Origin: a virus
Lineage: Duplodnaviria; Caudoviricetes
IMG/VR virus record: IMGVR_UViG_3300047561_000672
Span: 2,635 to 66,634 of that record
Reading direction: 5' to 3' (one strand)
Length of the DNA: 64,000 bases
The notes beneath the pieces are model-generated. The model saw only the letters and a list, made by a program, of their open reading frames with translations, was not told the origin of the DNA and did not search any database. The position numbers and the translations under genes are program-made. This document shows positions 25,950 through 35,708 of this stretch, in pieces. Numbering within the stretch: the first letter of the stretch is position 1; each line of letters begins with the position of its first letter.

Positions 25950-27185
25950 ATGGCTAATCTGCCTACACCTCTATCGTGTGATACGATTAATGACAATTTC
26001 CAAAGGGAGTCTGGACGTATCGCAATGGGTACCTATCGTCTGGGTCTTTATAAAGATCCGTATCTTCGCTTCGTGTCTCAGTCGGCATTCCCCGACAACA
26101 TGGGCGTAACTATCACAAACACTATTGCCCAGCGCACCAAAGCTGTTGGTAGTGGATGGGAAAACGTGAGCGTCAGCAACGGAGCCAATGACTCCTGCTT
26201 GCCGCCCGTCAAAACTGTTGGCTATGCCTTCGACCAAAAGACCTTCACCCTTCGCCATCAAGCGATTGAGTCCAACTGGATCTGTTTGGAAGATGTCCGT
26301 ACCAGTGCGTTCCCTGTTGATGATGTCAACAACTACATCAAGATCCTCTCTGACAACGTAAACGTCGAGTGGATTGAGCGTTACGATACCGATTACTTCA
26401 ATCTCTCGCAGTCGAAGTTGGTTGCTGCTGCTGGCCTTCCTTCCAGCACTGGCACGGCGTTTGCCACCACTGCTCCCACGAGCGTGATGACCCCCGGTAT
26501 CCTGCGTCAGATCTACGACAACCTCTATCAGGACAACGCTGGTGATGACGGCGATGCGGTGACGGACGATGGTTCGCCCGTGTTCAACGTCTTTGCTGAA
26601 CGTGCGACGATTGAGAACCTTGTTAAACTGCAACAGGACGTTCGTCAGGACGTTCGCTGGAGTGATCGTGTGAACGACCTTCTGGGAGCCAATGGCGCGA
26701 CTATGCTTCCCGGTAAGTCCTATGGCGGGTTCACCTTCCATAGCCGTCCGTTCCCAAAACGTTTCAACGATGGGCCTGCTGGCACGTTTGTTGAGGTTAC
26801 CCCGTATGTTGCCGCTGCCTCGACTGGTCCCGGTACTAGCGGTGGAACGAAGTATGTCATCAACCCCGCCTACAAGACGGCGAAATACTCCACCACGGTT
26901 GTGTTTCACCCGAAGGCGTTTGAGTGGCTGGTTCCCAACCCCAATGTCAAGGTCGGCAAACTGACTTATGATGCTCAGAACTATCGCGGCGACTTCCGCT
27001 GGGTCAACGAGTACCATCGTCAGTGTAACCCTGACAAGAACAGTGGTTACTTCCGCGCCAAGATGGCTTGTGCGGTCAAGAGCGTATTCCCCCAGTGGGC
27101 ATACTACATCTTGCACTTGCGCTGCAACTTGGCCAACGATCTGGTTGCTTGCCCAAGTGGTAGCGGCTACGGGTACTTGGCGTAA
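25950..27185 (+). CDS. major capsid protein
   Basis: 411 aa after scaffold, strongly biased codons, own promoter/leader and downstream hairpin. Confidence 0.85.
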   Translation: MANLPTPLSCDTINDNFQRESGRIAMGTYRLGLYKDPYLRFVSQSAFPDNMGVTITNTIAQRTKAVGSGWENVSVSNGANDSCLPPVKTVGYAFDQKTFTLRHQAIESNWICLEDVRTSAFPVDDVNNYIKILSDNVNVEWIERYDTDYFNLSQSKLVAAAGLPSSTGTAFATTAPTSVMTPGILRQIYDNLYQDNAGDDGDAVTDDGSPVFNVFAERATIENLVKLQQDVRQDVRWSDRVNDLLGANGATMLPGKSYGGFTFHSRPFPKRFNDGPAGTFVEVTPYVAAASTGPGTSGGTKYVINPAYKTAKYSTTVVFHPKAFEWLVPNPNVKVGKLTYDAQNYRGDFRWVNEYHRQCNPDKNSGYFRAKMACAVKSVFPQWAYYILHLRCNLANDLVACPSGSGYGYLA

Positions 27186-27194
27186 TAGCTGATA

Positions 27195-27251
27195 CTCCCT
27201 TCATCAAGGCTTGCCTCGGAATCAAATCTGAGGCAAGCTCTATGAGGAGAG
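27195..27251 (+). promoter_or_regulatory. long hairpin after MCP
   Basis: GCTTGCCTC 27209-17 / GAGGCAAGC 27230-38 plus outer CTCCCTTCAT/ATGAGGAGAG; no U-tract. Confidence 0.6.
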
Positions 27252-27261
27252 ATTAAATATT

Positions 27262-27558
27262 ATGAACATCAAAATACCCGAAGGTTATACCCTGCCCGAA
27301 GACGTTAAAGACGGAGGCACGTTTGAAGAACTTGTCACGTTCAAAGTTGAAGGCAATGAACTGTACCCCACCAAAATCGCAGGAGTAGAAATTCCCTCCG
27401 ATGATTCTGAGTCGGAAGCTGGCAACGAGGCCGAAACTGACATGACTAAAGAGGAGCCGATGATGGCCGTCAGCGTTGGTGTTGGAAAAGGCAAGCCCCG
27501 CAAGCAGGCTTCCAACCCGATGAAGGGCATGGGCGAGCGCATCATGGGCATGGCTTGA
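27262..27558 (+). CDS. hypothetical protein
   Basis: ORF after MCP; acidic then basic. Confidence 0.6.
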   Translation: MNIKIPEGYTLPEDVKDGGTFEELVTFKVEGNELYPTKIAGVEIPSDDSESEAGNEAETDMTKEEPMMAVSVGVGKGKPRKQASNPMKGMGERIMGMA

Positions 27559-27581
27559 TCGTGGGTCACTAGGGTAAGTCT

Positions 27582-28247
27582 ATGGCCCTTCCTACGCTCA
27601 CAGCTAAGTTCGCAGAGGTAGCCAGTCTTCCTAAGAAGGAAGCTCTGGCCAGATGGCTGGTTGCTAAAACTGGTACAGGATCGATATCTGAGTATTGGTC
27701 CCTGCCAGAGAAGTATATCTTAGCCAATATTGCTGTTGCCTACGATCCATCGAACACGCTATCCGATTACATCTCTCTGAAGAACCAGTGGCTGTGGAGT
27801 AGTATTTACAATCAAATCAGCACAAATGCTGGATATGTAGCTTCTGGCACTGGATTATCTCCAAACATCAATGGTAGTAGATTTACAATAACACAAGAAT
27901 CACTGGGGGGATATCCTGTATTTTTTGATTCATCTAGTGGTATGTATTTATGGTACTCATCTACAGTTAATAGATGGGTTATAAATACAAATAAAATATA
28001 TGGCACTCCTATTTGGAGGATGTCGGTTGGAACAAATGCTGTTGGAAATTACACTGGAGTTGGTTACACTGGAGTTGTAATAATATCAAAACAGACAGAC
28101 ATTCAAATTGATTGGGATGAAACGCTTGGTCTTGGATATATTGCAGCAGCACTTCGTAACGACGATACTGCTGCGAATGTTTTACCGTATATACAATGGC
28201 CTACAAGGTATCAATTGGCATCAATCATAACATCTATTGAGCCATGA
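27582..28247 (+). CDS. hypothetical virion protein with inserted domain
   Basis: Three short helical repeats interrupted by an AT-rich beta-type insert. Confidence 0.6.
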   Translation: MALPTLTAKFAEVASLPKKEALARWLVAKTGTGSISEYWSLPEKYILANIAVAYDPSNTLSDYISLKNQWLWSSIYNQISTNAGYVASGTGLSPNINGSRFTITQESLGGYPVFFDSSSGMYLWYSSTVNRWVINTNKIYGTPIWRMSVGTNAVGNYTGVGYTGVVIISKQTDIQIDWDETLGLGYIAAALRNDDTAANVLPYIQWPTRYQLASIITSIEP

Positions 28248-28528
28248 GTATTGAGGATGTTCCAAGACGCAGAGGGATTGAGCGAGGAGTGAAGCTAACA
28301 ATAAGTGAGTTTATAGCTGGGTTTGCATTGGTTATTACAATGTTTTCGGCTCTCAACGGTTGGATCGTTCTTCCAGAGCAGATGCGCCATATCAACTCCA
28401 ACGATGCAAAGCAGGACGCAAAGATTGAAATGATGGAACGCACATCTGCTGAAAGGTCGGAGCTTCTTGCCCGCATCGATGAGCGTACCCGCAGGATAGA
28501 AGAATACTTGCAAAGCAAGGGGCTTTGA
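28244..28528 (+). CDS. holin-like membrane protein
   Basis: TM IAGFALVITMFSALNGWIV plus coiled C-terminus LARIDERTRRIEE; start of lysis cassette. Confidence 0.5.
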   Translation: MSIEDVPRRRGIERGVKLTISEFIAGFALVITMFSALNGWIVLPEQMRHINSNDAKQDAKIEMMERTSAERSELLARIDERTRRIEEYLQSKGL

Positions 28529-28544
28529 TCTACGATTGAATCCA

Positions 28545-28835
28545 ATGAAAGCTCTATTGGCAAAACTGGCTGGAATATCCTCGGCAATCTTTAATTTCTA
28601 TGCCCCGATCTTGAAGCAGGCATTGGCAACTGGAGTTGCAGCATTACTTCCAATTGCTATTGATATTGTTAAGTCGTTGGCAGAAACCAACAAGACAGGT
28701 TCACAAAAGCGCGAGGCCGCTGTTAAAGAGCTTAAAGGCGAAGCTACTGACCTTGGGTTGAAAGTTTCGGAATCCATCATTCGCTTCACCATTGAGTCGG
28801 CTGTGCAGAAGCTAAAACTGGAGGACGAGATTTGA
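28545..28835 (+). CDS. putative holin
   Basis: Amphipathic/TM helices, TGSQKREAAVKEL...IESAV pattern resembling LL-H-type holins. Confidence 0.5.
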   Translation: MKALLAKLAGISSAIFNFYAPILKQALATGVAALLPIAIDIVKSLAETNKTGSQKREAAVKELKGEATDLGLKVSESIIRFTIESAVQKLKLEDEI

Positions 28836-29143
28836 AAAACTCCATCCTAAAATTCTTGGTTTCAAAACTTGGCGGTATTCTTACCCCCATCATTGCTGGA
28901 CTTATCGGTGCTGGAATAGGAAAACTTGCTACATTCGATTCCAATCTTGCTAGTAACATTGATCAAGTAGCTGTGACGGGATTTGTGGTTTCATTTATTA
29001 TTGCCGCCGTTAACTATGGAACTAACAAGATCCAGAGTGACGGAATCAAAAGCATACAAGCACTAGTTAATACAGATCAAGACGGGGTTCTTGGGCCGAT
29101 CACTTACACCGAAGTGCGAAAGGCCATCCCTGTCCAGCAGTGA
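28832..29143 (+). CDS. membrane protein with peptidoglycan-binding-like motif
   Basis: Two TM segments plus DQDGVLGPITY motif. Confidence 0.5.
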   Translation: MKNSILKFLVSKLGGILTPIIAGLIGAGIGKLATFDSNLASNIDQVAVTGFVVSFIIAAVNYGTNKIQSDGIKSIQALVNTDQDGVLGPITYTEVRKAIPVQQ

Positions 29144-29322
29144 TAAACCAACCATTAAACGAGGAACAATTAAATGCCATCTTCCAAAGACTTCATCCAG
29201 AGCCTTCCAGACAACGGTTCATCGTGCGGCTGCTACGTTCCCTTCGGTTCACCGTCAAACTATCCAGAAAAGGCGGTAAAATTGCCAGCTACCTCGGAAT
29301 CAGAGGTGGCGCGGATTTCTAG
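29140..29322 (+). CDS. hypothetical protein (60 aa)
   Basis: GTGA overlap within lysis cassette. Confidence 0.45.
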   Translation: MINQPLNEEQLNAIFQRLHPEPSRQRFIVRLLRSLRFTVKLSRKGGKIASYLGIRGGADF

Positions 29323-29333
29323 GGCATGGGACA

Positions 29334-29876
29334 TTGGCAAAAAGTGCAGCCAAAGCGATGATTGAGAAACTCGCCGACATTGCTTTGTCGCAAGTCGGAG
29401 TAAAAGAAATTGGTGGCAACAATCGCGGGGCTAAGATCCGCGAGTATCAATCGGCCACAAATCTGCCTCCCGCTGCTTGGCCATGGTGTGCGGCATATGT
29501 TGATTGGTGTGTATCACAATGGTTGACCGATAAAAGGAATGTGAAGTGGTTGTCCTTGAAAGTATCCTCACCATCCACTTGGCGTCCCAAGACCGCATCA
29601 GCATTTGGGCTTCTAGAGTGGGCTAGGAAACACCCCAACACCACTACGATCCTGCCTGAAACAGCTACGGTGCAGAGAGGGGATATTGTTGTGTTTGACT
29701 TCTCCCATACAGGTATTGTAATTGGTGGTGGAAAATTATTTATTCAATGCGTGGAGGGCAATACCAACGGCAGGGGAGAGCGCGATAGCGAGTCGGGAGA
29801 CGGCGTATGGTTGAAGCGTAGAAACATATCACTCGTAAGGAATTACATCAGAATCCATCCATCGAAAGTTCAATGA
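29334..29876 (+). CDS. CHAP-domain endolysin
   Basis: WPWCAAYVDWC catalytic Cys, GDIVVF.FSHTGIV His, VEGNT. Confidence 0.85.
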   Translation: MAKSAAKAMIEKLADIALSQVGVKEIGGNNRGAKIREYQSATNLPPAAWPWCAAYVDWCVSQWLTDKRNVKWLSLKVSSPSTWRPKTASAFGLLEWARKHPNTTTILPETATVQRGDIVVFDFSHTGIVIGGGKLFIQCVEGNTNGRGERDSESGDGVWLKRRNISLVRNYIRIHPSKVQ

Positions 29877-30025
29877 AAGATAAGCCAAAACAGCGTCCTA
29901 AACAGAAAAACAACAAGCCCGTTCAGAATGATTGTCCATATTGTGGGTCAGAAAAGATTGAACATGTTTACATCAAACATGTCGGATCAATGAGAGTATG
30001 CAAACAATGCCGAGAAGAATTTTAA
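29873..30025 (+). CDS. small Zn-ribbon protein (50 aa, not in ORF track)
   Basis: Read manually: MKDKPK...CPYCGS...CKQCREEF; ATGA overlap. Confidence 0.6.
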   Translation: MKDKPKQRPKQKNNKPVQNDCPYCGSEKIEHVYIKHVGSMRVCKQCREEF

Positions 30026-30026
30026 A

Positions 30027-30389
30027 ATGGTTGCTAAAATACAGTCCATCCTTTCTTCGTTTGGAGTGGAAAACCAAGACGCCGCCCATGCCATTGCAGA
30101 TTGGGTAGCGGCAAAAGATAGCGTAGCCAACAAGCCTAAAAGCCTGATAGGGTCTTCAACCGATGAAACGCTACGCATGGTGGGTCAAGCCCTCGCAGAG
30201 ATGTTTGAAGCGGGATTTGCTGTTGTTACATACAAAGAGGGGGACGAGACCAAAAACGCATTTAGCAAGTTTGGCAATGATTACGCTATTGAAGGCATCA
30301 TTGGCAATATCCACGACATTTTTTACTCTGGGGACGATGATGAGGACATGGACGATGGAGACCTCAAAAAGGCTATAAAAGATTTATGA
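30027..30389 (+). CDS. hypothetical protein
   Basis: Operon context. Confidence 0.6.
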   Translation: MVAKIQSILSSFGVENQDAAHAIADWVAAKDSVANKPKSLIGSSTDETLRMVGQALAEMFEAGFAVVTYKEGDETKNAFSKFGNDYAIEGIIGNIHDIFYSGDDDEDMDDGDLKKAIKDL

Positions 30390-30655
30390 CATATGATGAA
30401 GACGTACTATCCATTGCAACAAGACTCACTTCCAACGACAGGCAGGACCACTACGGCCCGCCCCATGAAGACTTTGCTAGGTCAGCTAAAATGTGGTCGG
30501 CCATCCTTGGGGTTGATGTTACTCCCCAGCAATTTGCCTTGTGCATGATTGCGGTGAAGATATCCCGACTTGTAGAAACTCCCACCCATAGAGACTCAGT
30601 AGTAGACATAGCTGGATACGCCCGCTGCTACGATCTCTGCAACCAATCCCAATGA
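30386..30655 (+). CDS. DUF6378-like protein
   Basis: DRQDHYG.P.EDF...A.MWS..LG...ALCMIAVKISR...DSVVDIAGYA. Confidence 0.75.
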   Translation: MTYDEDVLSIATRLTSNDRQDHYGPPHEDFARSAKMWSAILGVDVTPQQFALCMIAVKISRLVETPTHRDSVVDIAGYARCYDLCNQSQ

Positions 30656-31437
30656 AAAAAATAGCCATCCTCTCCGACTTCCATTGTGGTCATAAAGCAG
30701 GGCTAACCCCCAGCGGGTATTTGCCCGATGAACCCGCAGAACGGCGAGCAGGATGGATCAAAGCAAATAAATCCCACTACAATTGGTTTAAACGCCATAT
30801 CAATGCCCACGGCCCATATGATATAGTATTCATCAATGGAGATCTTGTAGACGGCAAGGGAAGCAAATCAGGGGGAACAGAGCTTATCACCACTGACATG
30901 GAAGAGCAGTGCGACATGGCAGTTAAGATTATCCGAGAGATCCCCAAGTCAAAGGACTGCAAAATAATTGTTACTAGAGGAACGCCCTACCATACTGGAA
31001 ATGACGAGGATTGGGAAAACACCATTGCTCACAGAGTAGATGCTAAGATCGGAGAGCATGAGTGGGTGGATGTTGAGGGAGTGGTATTTGATCTTAAGCA
31101 CCACCCCGCAGGATCAAGCTCTATTCCCCACGGACGCCATGGGGGGATAGCTAGAGACCGCCTGTGGAATATCATGTGGAACGAGCGTAATATGCAGCCC
31201 AAGGCAGATATCTTCATTCGGTCTCATGTCCACTACCACAACTTCTCAGGCGGGCCAGACTGGTTGGCCATGACCACTCCCGCCCTTCAGGGCATGGGGT
31301 CACGCTATGGTGCAAGACGCTGTAGCGGGATTGTGGATTTTGGATTTGTAATGTTTGAAGTGAACAAAGGAAAATACTCATGGCAACCCATCGTAGCTCA
31401 ACTAGAAGAACAAAAGGCAAGTCCAATCAAATTGTAG
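30652..31437 (+). CDS. calcineurin-like metallophosphoesterase
   Basis: SDFHCG, NGDLVDG, GTPYH, KHH and RSHVH motifs. Confidence 0.8.
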   Translation: MKKIAILSDFHCGHKAGLTPSGYLPDEPAERRAGWIKANKSHYNWFKRHINAHGPYDIVFINGDLVDGKGSKSGGTELITTDMEEQCDMAVKIIREIPKSKDCKIIVTRGTPYHTGNDEDWENTIAHRVDAKIGEHEWVDVEGVVFDLKHHPAGSSSIPHGRHGGIARDRLWNIMWNERNMQPKADIFIRSHVHYHNFSGGPDWLAMTTPALQGMGSRYGARRCSGIVDFGFVMFEVNKGKYSWQPIVAQLEEQKASPIKL

Positions 31438-31685
31438 TCGGAAGCTGGGACGATGCTTGGTCCAGAGAGAGCAGCAAGGCCACTACAATTGAATCCATGA
31501 ACGCCGATGGGTGGAAGACCATCCGTCAGGCTTCAGAGGCTATGGGGATCAATGCCAGCACAATAGGGTCAAGGGTTCGCAATGGATACTTTGAAACAGT
31601 ACAGAAACGAGCTTTATCTGGTGGGTGCCACAGGATTGTGAATTTTATCAGACCGAAAGGCCCGCTAAAGAGAGATCTTGTTTAG
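31380..31685 (+). CDS. small HTH-like protein
   Basis: WKTIRQASEAMGINASTIGSRV excisionase/MerR-like HTH; start uncertain. Confidence 0.45.
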   Translation: MATHRSSTRRTKGKSNQIVVGSWDDAWSRESSKATTIESMNADGWKTIRQASEAMGINASTIGSRVRNGYFETVQKRALSGGCHRIVNFIRPKGPLKRDLV

Positions 31686-31938
31686 AAGGTTGCGGCGTTT
31701 GGCGCAAGGTGACTCTGGACGTAGTTTTTTTTGTTCGTCAAGACAAGGTAGCTTGAGTGCTTTGGCTATTGGTTTTGCCAGAGCTTCAACAATATCACCA
31801 AGCCCCCTAATCCCGTGGGGGCACTCATCGGGAGCACCTACAGAGGATCTCCATGCTGGATCGGATCGACAGGCGCGGCAATGGGCGCGGCTGTGGCAGT
31901 GGGCGGAATCAGAGAAATTTGCTACCATGAAACTGTAG
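31678..31938 (-). CDS. Cys-rich hypothetical protein
   Basis: HCRAC...CPHG..GLGDIVEALAKPIA...C...C.KRR..LN. Confidence 0.6.
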
Positions 31939-32317
31939 CTGTTCCATCAAATGCAGATGGTTCTCCAAATTCTGTTCCGCAAACAGTTGTATTTAGCAGA
32001 TTTGTTCCATTGGTTAAATCAAGTGATGTCCCAGCAAATTGAACCAACTCATCACCAACTGTTGTAAAAATAAACAACTCCAACGAATCACCAACACAAT
32101 CCAATGCAATATCATGGGTGGATGTTACAAGATGCCATTGTCTAAATTCTGCTGTTCCAACATAATCAAGTTCATACGAGCCGTTGGGAAGTGATGTCAA
32201 TGGAAATGCAGGGCATGCAGTAACACCAGATATAACCACAGAAATTGATGTGGTCGGCAAAGATAGACACCCACCACAGCATTCTGGACAATACACACTT
32301 GATGTGTGGGTAATCAT
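31922..32317 (-). CDS. hypothetical protein (N-terminal CPECCGGC)
   Basis: Co-oriented in inverted module. Confidence 0.55.
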   Translation of the reverse strand: MITHTSSVYCPECCGGCLSLPTTSISVVISGVTACPAFPLTSLPNGSYELDYVGTAEFRQWHLVTSTHDIALDCVGDSLELFIFTTVGDELVQFAGTSLDLTNGTNLLNTTVCGTEFGEPSAFDGTATVSW

Positions 32318-32321
32318 TGAA

Positions 32322-32576
32322 TCAAAGATTGAGCGTCACTGTAACTATACCATCCTGACATAGTGCCTCAATTGAGGCCGCATCCAACCGAGATTCAATA
32401 GCTTTTATTCTTTGCTCAATTGTATTTAGCGACTTTGATAACTGCTGATTGGAATCATCTCCCCATATATTGGTGTTCCTGTTATCCCAAGGGGTGGGAA
32501 TAAATGAAGTTTCAGCAAAGTTGCTACCCAGCGGCTGGGCTGGCATCGATACACCCTCGTAGTATGATTTGTCCAT
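32322..32576 (-). CDS. hypothetical protein
   Basis: Co-oriented in inverted module. Confidence 0.55.
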   Translation of the reverse strand: MDKSYYEGVSMPAQPLGSNFAETSFIPTPWDNRNTNIWGDDSNQQLSKSLNTIEQRIKAIESRLDAASIEALCQDGIVTVTLNL

Positions 32577-32577
32577 A

Positions 32578-34857
32578 TTAGGTAACGGTCACCGCCAATT
32601 TTGCTGATGTAATACCAGTAACAGCGGATACAGCTATTGTGAATTCAAAATATCCAGCAGATGTAAATGTTCCGTAAATAATATTTTGCAATTCATTGAA
32701 TTGCAGCATCGGCTCGACATAAGCACTAATGCTGTAGTCTCTAACTCCACCAATTGTTCCTCCAGAAACTCTAATTTGATAAGAGAACGGTTGCCCAACA
32801 GTTGCTGTTACTGGTATTTTTCCAATAGAATTTGCTCCAACTATTGTGGGAGGAATTATTCTATCCATAATACGATAGTAACTATTTAAATCTGCTACTG
32901 CTGGCGGGATCACGCGGCTTTTAGCTGTATAAATATTCTGAATATCAACAACCGTAACCTCCACCCGTGTGTATCCAAATCGATACGGAGACGCAGACAC
33001 ATTGGTGATATATCTTCCAAGAACAAATTCTGGAGGATCTGTTGCTGGAATAGAAGGTGCCGCACCTCTTTTGCTATCCCAAACAACTGACCCAGTACTG
33101 GATGATATTGACATTCCAAACAATGGCACAGTTGCGGACTTCGCTTCAGGCTGTCCAATAGTTGTTATCCCTATTGGAACTGCGTAATGGAGCGTTGGTG
33201 GTATTTTGGATACTCCAGTGGATATTGAGTATCCTCCACCTCCCGCGCTTGACATAGAGGTATCATCACCAAGAGAAAGTGATTGCGATTGTTCTACAGA
33301 TCTTGTTCCTCCAGTTAGCGTGATTGTATAGGCAACTTGTTTTGCGTATGGCCAAATCTGTGTACGGAGCCTAGAGCGGGCAGCATCCTGTGCTTGAAGT
33401 TTGGGAAGTATGTGTTGAGTTACCGAACTTTGATTTTTAGGAAGGAACATCACCGCTTTAATTGATTCTACTATCCCGCTATATCCCTGCTGTATGTCGT
33501 AAGCTATGTCACCGCCAACGGATGACTGTGAGCTTGATCTCCAAGAGTAGGCATTTCCACTTCCAGTTCCAGATGATTTACTTCCACCTTGAGATATCAA
33601 CAGATTGACACTTCTAAGCATGTCTGGAAGCTCTACCGAAGATAAATCGGGCACCTCGTAGTAATAAGAGTCAAGACTACTTGCAATCTCTGTGAATTTG
33701 TATTCTTTCTTTAGGCTACTTGCAGTGTCTTGAGGGTTTATCTGTTTTCTATTTCCAGTGACATTGCTAGTTGGATCTGTGGAAACAATTGTTTCAGAAT
33801 ACGGAATAACAATATCAAGCGACTCGTCGTACTCCTGACCATTTAATATTGGACCGCTTAAAACTTGGCGTTCTGCAATACTATCAACAACCAAATTATT
33901 GATTGGATTGTATATTACCTTTAACGACAGGTTGGAAAACCCAGAAAGATAAGCCCGCACAGAATCTGACCGATAAATTATCTGACTGGTGCGACTAATG
34001 GCACCGCGAACTGGGTCGTAAATGTCCTCGTATCTAACTGGACCCGGTAATTTGTAGCTTTCCACAACACGATCAACAACGAGAGTATTGATTGGTTGAT
34101 AAATAGTTTGAGTTACTCCCGTCTCATTTCCAGTGATGGACCCCACAAGCCCGCCATTGTCGTAGGTCGTCTGGCTCAATCTCTGCACTGCCCCACGGAC
34201 CTCATCGTAAATATCCTCCCTGCGTACTGGTCCGTCTAAATCATAGGTTCTTACAACCCTGTAAACCAAGTATTGGCTATACGGAATGTACGATGTTTCC
34301 GTGATTGTCGGAGCATTGTAAACAATCGATCCAACTTCATTTCCAGTGATGGGAAAGAGTTGTTTGGTTTCTTTAATCGGGCCAAGCCTCTCATCGTATG
34401 TATTCTGGGTCTTTACAGGGAATACAGAGTTGTCCTCGTCATCAATCGATGAGTTCCAAGTCTCTTCAATCTCAGATGAAACGATTGCCGAACCTTCGCG
34501 GGCTTCGTAGCTGATTTTTGTTGAAGAGCTTAAACTGGCTTCCTGTCCTGTATTTTTTACAAACCTGCGTCTGCCTTGGATGGGGCCGAGATCGTCATCA
34601 TATCTTGTGAATGGAACCCAAGGGGCTGGAAGAATCTCGTAGGTCCAAACAACACGTTCATCACTATTTCCATTTTGGGCACCAGTGAACACATGGTTGG
34701 GATACCTAGTGGAATCGGGGTGGGGGGATAGATCCTCTGGGATCTTATAGTTTTCAACACGGGGATCTTTCCTAATTGAAATAATTGGGAAATCTCTATC
34801 ACTATTGGAGTAGCCCGATACAAAAGATTTGCCTAGAGGGGGATATTCAGTAGCCAT
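32578..34857 (-). CDS. tail-associated repeat protein with C-terminal Ig-like (He_PIG-like) domain
   Basis: Five ~62-aa repeats centred on YDxxxG; C-terminal ATVGQPFSYQI...GT...AG.F.FTI.V; start MATEYP at 34857. Confidence 0.55.
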   Translation of the reverse strand: MATEYPPLGKSFVSGYSNSDRDFPIISIRKDPRVENYKIPEDLSPHPDSTRYPNHVFTGAQNGNSDERVVWTYEILPAPWVPFTRYDDDLGPIQGRRRFVKNTGQEASLSSSTKISYEAREGSAIVSSEIEETWNSSIDDEDNSVFPVKTQNTYDERLGPIKETKQLFPITGNEVGSIVYNAPTITETSYIPYSQYLVYRVVRTYDLDGPVRREDIYDEVRGAVQRLSQTTYDNGGLVGSITGNETGVTQTIYQPINTLVVDRVVESYKLPGPVRYEDIYDPVRGAISRTSQIIYRSDSVRAYLSGFSNLSLKVIYNPINNLVVDSIAERQVLSGPILNGQEYDESLDIVIPYSETIVSTDPTSNVTGNRKQINPQDTASSLKKEYKFTEIASSLDSYYYEVPDLSSVELPDMLRSVNLLISQGGSKSSGTGSGNAYSWRSSSQSSVGGDIAYDIQQGYSGIVESIKAVMFLPKNQSSVTQHILPKLQAQDAARSRLRTQIWPYAKQVAYTITLTGGTRSVEQSQSLSLGDDTSMSSAGGGGYSISTGVSKIPPTLHYAVPIGITTIGQPEAKSATVPLFGMSISSSTGSVVWDSKRGAAPSIPATDPPEFVLGRYITNVSASPYRFGYTRVEVTVVDIQNIYTAKSRVIPPAVADLNSYYRIMDRIIPPTIVGANSIGKIPVTATVGQPFSYQIRVSGGTIGGVRDYSISAYVEPMLQFNELQNIIYGTFTSAGYFEFTIAVSAVTGITSAKLAVTVT

Positions 34858-34965
34858 TGGTTGGATAAGGTAGTTTAAAAAAAGTTGGATATCAAGCGTA
34901 TTTTGGGCTTGCAAAGCCGTTGGGTTGAGCTAGATTACCACCTTCATATGTGTGTGTGTTTGAAG

Positions 34966-35002
34966 TGTGGCCCTGTCTTTTCGATGGGGCCACATTTTTT
35001 TT
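34966..35002 (+). terminator. intrinsic terminator
   Basis: TGTGGCCC/GGGCCACA stem followed by T8. Confidence 0.7.
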
Positions 35003-35051
35003 GAACATCTGGTTCAAGATGCTGTCAAAACCAACTCACATATAAATCACA

Positions 35052-35708
35052 ATGGCATTCAACAATCCCAACAATAGCGAAAAAAGCCCGATCATCTCCC
35101 ACCTGTCACTGGCAAAGAACGGCCCCAAAATGGTCAAGGTCATCAGTGGACCGAAGATGGTTAAGAACAACACCCTATGCGTAGTCGATCTATTGATCGA
35201 TGGAGTAAAACATGGGTATTTCATTGACAATGAGGAGATTAAAGCTGGTTTTTCAAAACATATCGGCCAGCAAGTTGTGCTAATTGCCTCTGGCAATAGT
35301 CGCAATGGAACGGCCCAGATGGATTTCCAGTCGGCCTCTTCACCAACCCCACAGGTTCAGACCAGCGGTCCAGTTAAGTTGTCCGCTCAACCCCGACCAC
35401 CATCAACCAACGGAGTCACGGCACCAGTGGCGGATGATCTGGGCGCAAAGAAGTACCTTTGCCAAGCATCCAACCTCATGCGGTTGTGCGTGAAGAAGGC
35501 CAATGACATTGCGGTGGAACTTGGGCTTCCTAAAGAGCATCGTCAAGGAATAGCTACAACCCTATTCATCCAATCGGATCGCAGGGGATTCATTGATGTC
35601 ATGCCGCTCAGTGCCTACACCCCAGAGGAGTTGGGGTTTGGTGCCAGCAAGGCCGAAAGCCTAGCAGATCCTCAACCACAGGAAGACATTGACGATCAAA
35701 CATTCTAG
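35052..35708 (+). CDS. putative ssDNA-binding/annealing protein
   Basis: Beta-rich N-domain, Pro-rich linker, helical domain, acidic tail ending DDQTF; next to exonuclease. Confidence 0.4.
   Translation: MAFNNPNNSEKSPIISHLSLAKNGPKMVKVISGPKMVKNNTLCVVDLLIDGVKHGYFIDNEEIKAGFSKHIGQQVVLIASGNSRNGTAQMDFQSASSPTPQVQTSGPVKLSAQPRPPSTNGVTAPVADDLGAKKYLCQASNLMRLCVKKANDIAVELGLPKEHRQGIATTLFIQSDRRGFIDVMPLSAYTPEELGFGASKAESLADPQPQEDIDDQTF

Noticed and set aside
25971-27116. 381-aa antisense ORF over the major capsid gene
   Set aside because: Shadow ORF expected from the biased codon usage of a highly expressed gene; no protein-like motifs
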